Source: an uncultured Bacteroidales bacterium
Lineage (GTDB): Bacteria > Bacillota_I > Bacilli_A > RFN20 > CAG-826
Length of the DNA: 64,000 bases
Direction: 5' to 3'
NCBI GenBank assembly: GCA_963650805.1
Contig: CAVJMG010000008.1
Location: forward strand, 8,199 to 72,198
The notes under the pieces were generated by a model. It searched no databases, had not been told where the DNA came from, and worked only from the letters and a program-made list of their open reading frames with translations. Of the stretch, positions 44,597 through 51,186 are shown piece by piece (positions within the stretch are counted from its first letter, which is position 1; each line of letters begins with the position of its first letter). The position numbers and the translations under genes were made by a program.

Positions 44597-47500
44597 ATGT
44601 ATTTGAAGAACATTGGGCAAGAAACCCTCCAGAAATGGGAGGAGACCCTTTCGAAAAACTCCGATTTCAAATTAAACCTCGCTCTTCTAGACGATAGGAA
44701 AACGAAGATCGTCTACCGCTTCGACCTCGATTCAAAGACGCTTCTTTACGAAGCCTTCACCGGCGGTGGGGATTACCTCAGCTGCCTAATCGGCTCAGGC
44801 AAAACCGTTTCCAAAAACCCCGCCTTCCCCTCCGAAAGGGAGGATAAGAGCCTGCTCCTAGCCTATTACATCGCCAAAAAGGAAGAAGCGATGTCGGAGA
44901 CCGAAAGGAAAGCCGTCTATGGCAGCGATTACGTTTTCCTCCGGCAAGACGCCGATTTGAGCTTGGAAGAAGCCAACAAAATCGCCTCCAGCAACAAAGA
45001 GCTCGACGTGCTTTCGAAGAACCTCTATCAAAGCCTGCCGACTCTAGAAAAAGCCAGCAAGCCCGTTTTCTCCTATGTCTTCATCCGCGGCGAGGGAGGC
45101 ATGGTCAAAGCCTGCATGTACCTCATGCAGGGGAGCGAGAGAAAGAAAATCTCGAGCCCTGCGATGCTACTAGATTTCTATAAGAAGAGAAAGAAAGTGA
45201 CTCTAGGCGGAGCGGCCATCGACTTTGCCTTGCTTAGCGAAGTTCCTTCCTTGGATTTCCTCTGCTCTAGGGCGGAGACCTCCTCAACTTTAAGCGACAC
45301 CTTCTCGATGCGCGAAGAGGACTTCCCCCTTTTCCTAACCAAGCTCGTCGGGCAAAGCGTCGGCTATGGATTGGTCTTCTATAGCGTCAACGAGCCCGTC
45401 AAAGGCAAGTTCATCGCCGAAAGCGCCTCTAGCTTCTCTCTTCCCCATCCCCCGACTTCGGACATGGACTATTTCTCCTCTCCCTTTTACGGGGCCTGCT
45501 TTGACAAAGCCAGGAAGGAGCTGACTCTTTACCGCTTCCATTCTTTGGCCGCCTCGAAGTCCTACACCTATCTTTATTCCCATCCGGATTTCCCTTACGA
45601 CAAACTCGGCAGCAAACTCGCGACTTCCTTATTGCCTTATCTATCCAAGGAAGAGCTTGAAGGGGAGGGGTATCACCCTCTCTCCATTTCCTATAGGCTC
45701 GCCTTCGAGCCTTCAAAAGGCATCCTCTGCGAAAGCCATTATAGGCGCGGAAATAAGGAACTCTCCCCTTCTGACTTCCTCTCGATGCCCGAGAAGCGCA
45801 GAAAAGAGATTTTCCAATCCTCCTTGGTTTCTCTCGGCTTGCTTGAAAACGGGCTCATTTCCGACCCTAAGCGCATCAATGCGACGATCGAGAAAGACCT
45901 CAACCCCCTGAAGGCCCTCTGCGACGCCGAAATCGATCCCTTGCTCAGCGCCGGGCGCCCCAGAAGGCTCCCTTTGCCGACCTTCCGCTTGGAGAAAAGC
46001 TCCTTCGGCGAGTGGTTCGACCTTAAGCTCTCCAGCGAGGAATTCACCGAAGAAGAGCTCAACTTGGCCTTATCTAGCTACGTGGAGAAGAAGAAATACA
46101 TCCCCCTTAAGGGGAGGTTCTATTCTCTTTCTTCCCTTGATAGCAGCCTCATCCCAACGTTGCTTGAAATGAGGATCAACCCCTCGACGTCGTGCAAATT
46201 GACCCTCCCCGAGGCCATGAGGCTCCGCGGAGAAGGGGCAGAAGGGGCGACGAGCTCCGGCGAGCTTAAAGGCATCCTCGAAGACGTCATCGACTACGAA
46301 AAGCTGACCCTTCCGAAATCCAGCGCCCCCGCGTTTAAATTGCTCCGTCCCTACCAAGCTAGCGCGGTCAAGTGGATGAAGGCCCTATCCAACCATGGAC
46401 TAGGCGGCATTTTGGCGGACGAGATGGGCTTAGGGAAAACCCTTGAGAGCATCACTTTCCTCTCCTTGCTCGATAAGCCTTCCCCAATCCTCGTCGTCGC
46501 GCCCAAATCGGTTCTTTGCAATTGGAAGGAGGAGTTCGCCAAATTCGACCCCTCCATGGAAGTCACTTTGCTCCCTTCCCCCCAAAAGGAAAGGGAAGAC
46601 ACCATCCTCTCCATTAGAAACGACAGGAAAGTCGCCTATTTGACCTCTTACGACTCCCTTCGAAACGACATTGAGTATTACAAAGGCAAGCATTTCAGCT
46701 GCGTCATCCTCGACGAAGCCCAGACGATCGCCAACGCCTTTGCCAAAAAATCCCTCGCCGTCAAGGAAATTGAAGCCGATTGCCGCTTCGCCCTCACCGG
46801 CACCCCGATCCAAAACTCCCTCCTTGACCTCTGGTCCATCTTCGATTTCCTCTTGCCGGGGTATTTCGCCGACTACTCTTCCTTCAAGGGGGAATACGGG
46901 TCTGGCGAATTCGCCAGCCCCTCCCAAAGAAAGAAACTCGAGGCAAAGATTTCACCCTTCTTGCTCCGCCGCACCAAAAAGGAGGTCCTCATCGACTTGC
47001 CTAAGCGCGAGGAGAAGGAGTACTTCCTCGAATTGCCCGAAGAGCAAAGAAAAGTCTACGACGCCTATCTTGCCTTGGCCAAAGGCGAGCTTAAGAAGGC
47101 CCTTTCCGGGGAAGGGGACAGGATCTCGGTTTTGGCCGCGATCACCAGGCTCCGCCAAATCTGCGTTTCGCCTTCCCTTTTCCTAGAATACGATGGGGAA
47201 GCCATCAAAATCGATTATCTCATGGATTCGCTTCTCTCCTTGCTTGAGGAAGGGCATAAAGCGCTGGTGTTCTCCAGCTTCGTCTCCGCTCTTGAAATCG
47301 TCAATGGAAAACTTGACGAAGCCCACATCAAGCATGGCTTCTTGCAAGGATCCTCGTCTGCCGAAGATAGGCAATCGATGGCCTCTTCCTTCAATAACGA
47401 TCCCTCCGACAAGGTGATGCTCGTCTCCTTAAAAGCGGGGGGGACCGGGCTTAACCTCACCGGCGCGGACACCGTTTTTCTCCTCGATCCCTGGTGGAAC

Positions 47501-47704
47501 CTCTCCGCGGAAGAGCAGGCCTTCGCCCGCGCTCACCGCATTGGCCAAGACAAAAACGTCACGGTCTTCAAGCTCATCGCGATTGGGACGGTTGAGGAGA
47601 GAATGCTTGCCTTGCAGAAGAAAAAGAAGGATTTGGGAACCGTTCTGGGAGGCATTACATCCTCGACGTTCACCAAAGACGACTTCGCATTCTTGCTTTC
47701 GTAA
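44597..47704 (+). CDS. SNF2/RAD54-family DEAD-like helicase
   Basis: LRPYQASAVKWM (motif I region), GILADEMGLGKT (Walker A), VILDEAQTIAN (DEAQ box), TGTPIQNSL, and a C-terminal helicase domain GGTGLNLTGADTVFLLDPWWN...HRIGQ. ATG 44597 sits just after the SWIM stop at 44593-44595. Confidence 0.8.
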   Translation: MYLKNIGQETLQKWEETLSKNSDFKLNLALLDDRKTKIVYRFDLDSKTLLYEAFTGGGDYLSCLIGSGKTVSKNPAFPSEREDKSLLLAYYIAKKEEAMSETERKAVYGSDYVFLRQDADLSLEEANKIASSNKELDVLSKNLYQSLPTLEKASKPVFSYVFIRGEGGMVKACMYLMQGSERKKISSPAMLLDFYKKRKKVTLGGAAIDFALLSEVPSLDFLCSRAETSSTLSDTFSMREEDFPLFLTKLVGQSVGYGLVFYSVNEPVKGKFIAESASSFSLPHPPTSDMDYFSSPFYGACFDKARKELTLYRFHSLAASKSYTYLYSHPDFPYDKLGSKLATSLLPYLSKEELEGEGYHPLSISYRLAFEPSKGILCESHYRRGNKELSPSDFLSMPEKRRKEIFQSSLVSLGLLENGLISDPKRINATIEKDLNPLKALCDAEIDPLLSAGRPRRLPLPTFRLEKSSFGEWFDLKLSSEEFTEEELNLALSSYVEKKKYIPLKGRFYSLSSLDSSLIPTLLEMRINPSTSCKLTLPEAMRLRGEGAEGATSSGELKGILEDVIDYEKLTLPKSSAPAFKLLRPYQASAVKWMKALSNHGLGGILADEMGLGKTLESITFLSLLDKPSPILVVAPKSVLCNWKEEFAKFDPSMEVTLLPSPQKEREDTILSIRNDRKVAYLTSYDSLRNDIEYYKGKHFSCVILDEAQTIANAFAKKSLAVKEIEADCRFALTGTPIQNSLLDLWSIFDFLLPGYFADYSSFKGEYGSGEFASPSQRKKLEAKISPFLLRRTKKEVLIDLPKREEKEYFLELPEEQRKVYDAYLALAKGELKKALSGEGDRISVLAAITRLRQICVSPSLFLEYDGEAIKIDYLMDSLLSLLEEGHKALVFSSFVSALEIVNGKLDEAHIKHGFLQGSSSAEDRQSMASSFNNDPSDKVMLVSLKAGGTGLNLTGADTVFLLDPWWNLSAEEQAFARAHRIGQDKNVTVFKLIAIGTVEERMLALQKKKKDLGTVLGGITSSTFTKDDFAFLLS

Positions 47705-47721
47705 ATCCGATGAACAACGAG

Positions 47722-47748
47722 AAAAACGGGATGCAATCCCGTTTTTTT
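47722..47748 (+). terminator. Rho-independent terminator after the SNF2 gene
   Basis: aaacgggat-gcaa-tcccgttt followed by TTTTT. Confidence 0.6.
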
Positions 47749-47952
47749 GTTAATAAATAATGTTATTAAAAAAGTTAACTTTTCTTTGCTTTTCGGATAA
47801 CTTACTAGTATATTGAGTTCATAAGGTGAATAATCGGCTCAAGGAGGCACGATGTTAAGTACGTTGTTTTTAGTCGCGGGCGCTGCATTAAGCTGTGTCT
47901 ATCGTCTGAGGGAAAATCCGCCGGCAAATGGGCGCAAGACACCGAGAAAGCC

Positions 47953-48228
47953 GTGGTGGAAATACCTCGGTATTACAAAATAAAGAAGAACATCATCGGA
48001 AGTACTAAATACGTGGAAAACTACCATTGGTGCTTAAATACTTCTTATCTTTGCAACGGCGCCTTGCCTGAGAACGAATGTTTCCATCACGAAGGAACGA
48101 AGTTCTACTCAACGGTCGTCTCCAAAGGGAACGGAAAGACTTATTACGGATGTCTTAATCTTCTTTACGGGGATGGCGCTTTAGAAAAACTCTTTGAAAA
48201 AGAAGCGAAAAGCCTAGATGAAATTTAA
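47953..48228 (+). CDS. Cys/His-containing 91-aa hypothetical protein at the left edge of the AT-rich islet (alternative: overlapping 43-aa ORF 47852..47980)
   Basis: GTG start with no strong RBS; 4 Cys and 3 His. The overlapping out-of-frame ORF 47852-47980 has a better RBS (AAGGAGG) and a lipoprotein-like leader LFLVAGAALSC. The coding assignment is unresolved. Confidence 0.25.
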   Translation: MVEIPRYYKIKKNIIGSTKYVENYHWCLNTSYLCNGALPENECFHHEGTKFYSTVVSKGNGKTYYGCLNLLYGDGALEKLFEKEAKSLDEI

Positions 48229-48240
48229 GAGGAAGAAAAA

Positions 48241-48483
48241 ATGAAAAGCAGCAATAAGGCAATAAAATGGATTAAAAATCCGGAGAATTGGATTCCTTGG
48301 ACGGTTTTCGGCGGCATATTGGTGGCCGTGATTCTATCCTGGATGACAATATTCTTCGTGGAATATGGGCCGTATTTTGATCGTGGCTACCAAGAGAATC
48401 TGTTCGATTGTTTGGCTTGGAACGAAAAAGGGGAAAGAAACGATTATATATTAGATGATTATACAAAAGTGTTGGTGAATTAA
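48241..48483 (+). CDS. Islet cassette gene B1: ~80-aa single-pass membrane protein (paralog of 50112..50348), with the C-terminus replaced by IS1595 left-IR sequence
   Basis: RBS GAGGAAG. KWIKNPENWIPWTVFGGILVAVILSWMTIFFVEYGPYF is ~80% identical to the downstream paralog over the conserved core. The last ~10 codons (LDDYTKVLVN) lie inside the IS inverted repeat. Confidence 0.45.
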   Translation: MKSSNKAIKWIKNPENWIPWTVFGGILVAVILSWMTIFFVEYGPYFDRGYQENLFDCLAWNEKGERNDYILDDYTKVLVN

Positions 48484-49500
48484 ACCCCGCAACCCGGAGG
48501 TTGAGCCTATAATCAAACCGCTAGATAAACGGCAAGGGTAGCCGCCGGGACGGTTTATCTAGCAGTATCCCTTTCTCCGGCGGCTACCCTTGCTCAAGAA
48601 AGGGATTTTTTGATGCTTGGGAAATTGATTTGCCCGCGGTGCGGCTCCGCGGACGTCGTCTCTTATGGGAGGGCAAAGAAGAAACGTGCCAGAATGCTGT
48701 GCAAGGCCTGTGGCCGCACCTTCTCGAGGACCACGGGGACCGTGATGTTCTCGCGGAAGCTGAGGGCGGAGAAGCTGGCCGCGATGGTCAATCTCATGGT
48801 GAACGACACGAAGCTCAAGGCCATAGAGGATTCCGTCGGCATCACGCCGAGCACCGCCTACCTCTGGAGGATGAAGGCCTACGCGGCGGCGAGGAAAATT
48901 CGCGACGGAGCCGTCCTTTCCGGCGACGTTTGGATCGACGAGAAGCTCATCCCCGTCAACGAGGGCCTGATATGGCGAAGGCCGGACGGCAAAAAGCCCA
49001 GGGGGATCTCGAGGAACCAGATCGTCGTCGCCTGCGCCGTCGACGGGGAGGGGAAGCGCTACGCCGAGGTCGCCGGGAAAGGGCACATCAGCTCCCTCCA
49101 ATGCCTCAAGACGTACGGCAGGCACATAGCCAAAGGCTCGACCATCATCCACGACGGGATCTTCAGCCACGACGCCCTCGCCGCCTCCGTCGGCGGGGCG
49201 TCCAAGGTCTACAAGTCGACGACGCGCGAGGCCCACGCGAAGCTCCAGAAGGTCAATTCGTTCATAGCCGAGATAGAGAGGTTCGTCACGGTCCATCCGG
49301 GCCTGAAGAGCGATTACCTCGACCTCTACGCCGCCTGGGTGGCCTTCAAGGCGTCGCTCAAGGAGGGGAAAATGGACCAGAAGATAGCGGAACTTCTGCA
49401 AATTTGCGAAGAAACGCCTGCCGAGTTTTGCCGTAAAACTCGACGGCATCGAAAATAACCCATCAACACTTTTGTATAATCATCTATTATATATCAATCG
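48441..49500 (+). mobile_element. IS1595-family insertion sequence (~1.06 kb), apparently intact
   Basis: ~38-bp imperfect terminal inverted repeats: left cgattatatattAGATGATTATACAAAAGTGTTGgtg (48441-48478); right is its reverse complement at 49459-49500 (24-nt perfect core). Encodes one transposase. GC is host-like (~60%), unlike the flanking ~38% GC genes. Confidence 0.65.
48610..49458 (+). CDS. IS1595-family (ISXO2-like) DDE transposase
   Basis: N-terminal zinc ribbon CPRCGS...CKACGRTF, helix-turn-helix region, then DDE motifs GDVWIDEKLI / IVVACAVDGEGKRY / GSTIIHDGIFSH. Confidence 0.75.
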   Translation: MMLGKLICPRCGSADVVSYGRAKKKRARMLCKACGRTFSRTTGTVMFSRKLRAEKLAAMVNLMVNDTKLKAIEDSVGITPSTAYLWRMKAYAAARKIRDGAVLSGDVWIDEKLIPVNEGLIWRRPDGKKPRGISRNQIVVACAVDGEGKRYAEVAGKGHISSLQCLKTYGRHIAKGSTIIHDGIFSHDALAASVGGASKVYKSTTREAHAKLQKVNSFIAEIERFVTVHPGLKSDYLDLYAAWVAFKASLKEGKMDQKIAELLQICEETPAEFCRKTRRHRK

Positions 49501-49532
49501 AAATTAATAACGACTTCTATTGGGAAATCTCT

Positions 49533-50018
49533 ATGACCGTTGATTTTGACGGGGACAGTTCTTATGGGAGCCGCGTGATCAGCAACGATTCCAAAGGCAA
49601 CGGCGTGGCCTATAAAATCGAAAAAGACGCGGCCGTTATGGACTGCTATAAAGTCATTAATTCCGAACTAAAAGAGAAAACCAGCGGAACGCTTCTTTCA
49701 TCGACAGAATTTGCTTCATTTTGCATTGACCTGCAATTGCCTTCATCCGAGATGTCCTTTAAACCCAAAATGGATAACATCTCCGTTTTCAAAAAAGACA
49801 ACGCCCTTGTCAGCGAAGCCTCGATGCCTCGAAACAAGACCTATTCACTTTGCTGCGCTGGTTGGGAGAAAACGATTGAACTTTCTAACGTCAAGGTTTC
49901 TTGCTTTTCCTATCCTTGGAAGAGTGAAACGGGCTCTTATATGCAGAGCTTTTCAGTGAAGGGCTATAGCCAAGGGTCGCTTATAAACGCTCATTGGACT
50001 GCGGCGTGGGCGGCCTGA
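49533..50018 (+). CDS. Islet cassette gene C1: 161-aa soluble hypothetical protein (intact copy of the 50379..50863 pseudogene)
   Basis: Shares SEMSFKPKMDNISVFKKDNALVSEASMPRNKTYSL.....EKTIELSNVKVSC with the downstream frameshifted copy. No signal peptide. AT-rich codon usage. Confidence 0.45.
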   Translation: MTVDFDGDSSYGSRVISNDSKGNGVAYKIEKDAAVMDCYKVINSELKEKTSGTLLSSTEFASFCIDLQLPSSEMSFKPKMDNISVFKKDNALVSEASMPRNKTYSLCCAGWEKTIELSNVKVSCFSYPWKSETGSYMQSFSVKGYSQGSLINAHWTAAWAA

Positions 50019-50111
50019 TGAATGTTTGCGGTTGCAGCGGGCTTTTTTGAAGGTCGCCCTGATCCAATGGTTTTACAAACCGGCCTTTGAATGTCTTTAA
50101 AAGTGAAAGAA

Positions 50112-50348
50112 ATGAGAATGAAGAACGAGAAGAAAATCATCAAGTGGATGAAGAAACCCGAGAATTGGATTCCCTGGACGGTTTTCGGCGGCATACTGGT
50201 CGCTGCCATCTTGTCTTGGATGACCACCTTCTTTGTTGAATATGGGACCTATTTCAACTCGGATTACCAAATCTCCTTATTCAAAGGAAGGGAACGTAGG
50301 CAAGAGGGGACGCTTTTTGAGATGGGCCATATTTACGTTGACGGGTAG
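50112..50348 (+). CDS. Islet cassette gene B2: ~79-aa single-pass membrane protein, intact paralog of B1
   Basis: MKNEKKIIKWMKKPENWIPWTVFGGILVAAILSWMTTFFVEYGTYF. The start is chosen by alignment to B1; the track ORF begins at 50091. Confidence 0.45.
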   Translation: MRMKNEKKIIKWMKKPENWIPWTVFGGILVAAILSWMTTFFVEYGTYFNSDYQISLFKGRERRQEGTLFEMGHIYVDG

Positions 50349-50378
50349 CTTACTTGGGACGCAGATTCGACTTTCGAT

Positions 50379-50863
50379 ATGAAAGTCGGAGGATCGACAT
50401 GGAACTTCATTAGAATCGCCAACGCGAAAGGCGACGGTTATTCATATAGGGTCGATGAGGAGAAAGGCATACTCGTGAAAAGCCAAATTTCCAGTGGAGA
50501 GAAAAAGGGAATCTCAACGCAAGGAATCCCTTCCAGAAAGGATTTCATGGACATGGGATTTAGTTTTAATCTTCCCGTGGAGGAGATGTCCTTCAAACCG
50601 AAAATGCAGAGCATCTCACTTATTAAAAGGACAACGCCTTGGTAAGCCGAGCCAAAATGCCCGAAAACAAGGTTTATTCTATGAAACTAGGGGGCTTTGA
50701 GAAGACGTTTGAATTGTCTTCCGTATCCCTTTCTTGCGTGGCTTCCCCCTGGAGCGAAGATCAAGACAAGGTAAGCTCGACGACGTTTAGATACAAAATC
50801 AGCGGCTATTTCGAAAACGCACATATCGAGATATCGCGCTGGATGTGCTGGAGCTACGCCTGA
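50379..50863 (+). pseudogene. Islet cassette gene C2: frameshifted paralog of C1 (two ORFs, 50379..50645 and 50639..50863)
   Basis: EEMSFKPKMQSISLIKRTTPW* is followed in the +1 frame by AKMPENKVYSMKLGGFEKTFELSSVSLSC, which is collinear with C1. Frame break near 50640. Confidence 0.45.
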
Positions 50864-50889
50864 TAGGCCTCGCACCCTAAACGCCTTTT

Positions 50890-51180
50890 CCTTAAGGAAA
50901 ACCCGTCTTGTTTATACCTTGCCGCGGCATTAAGATATCCGTGGCGATGACGAAGACGCGCCGCTTCCCAAAGACAGAGAACCCCGCCGAAGTTGAGAAG
51001 GGGGAAGGGAAGGGGACATCACTTCCGAGCCCGTTCTTCGAGTCCATTTGGAGGTAGGGGAGCCCGCTTCTTGCCGGGAGCAAGATTCAATGAAGCGCTT
51101 GGGCGATGCCCAAGAAGCAAGGTGGTACCGCGCATTGAGCGCCCTTGCGCAAGCAGGGCGCTTTTATTTATCCAAAGGAG
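50890..51180 (+). promoter_or_regulatory. T-box riboswitch leader upstream of ileS (Ile specifier AUC)
   Basis: T-box core caAGGTGGTACCGCGca at about 51118-51134. Terminator hairpin gagcgccctt-gcgcaagca-agggcgc followed by TTTTATTTA (51138-51170). Candidate specifier gacATCact. Confidence 0.55.
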
Positions 51181-51186
51181 AAAACT

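Noticed and set aside
48484-48600. Nested inverted repeats (ctagataaacgg...ccgtttatctag and caagggtagccgccgg...ccggcggctacccttg) between B1 and the transposase start, considered as a possible independent terminator or riboswitch
   Set aside because: They lie inside the IS1595 element between its left IR and the transposase ORF. They are most simply the element's own 5' UTR structure (common in IS elements to damp read-through transcription), not a host regulatory feature.
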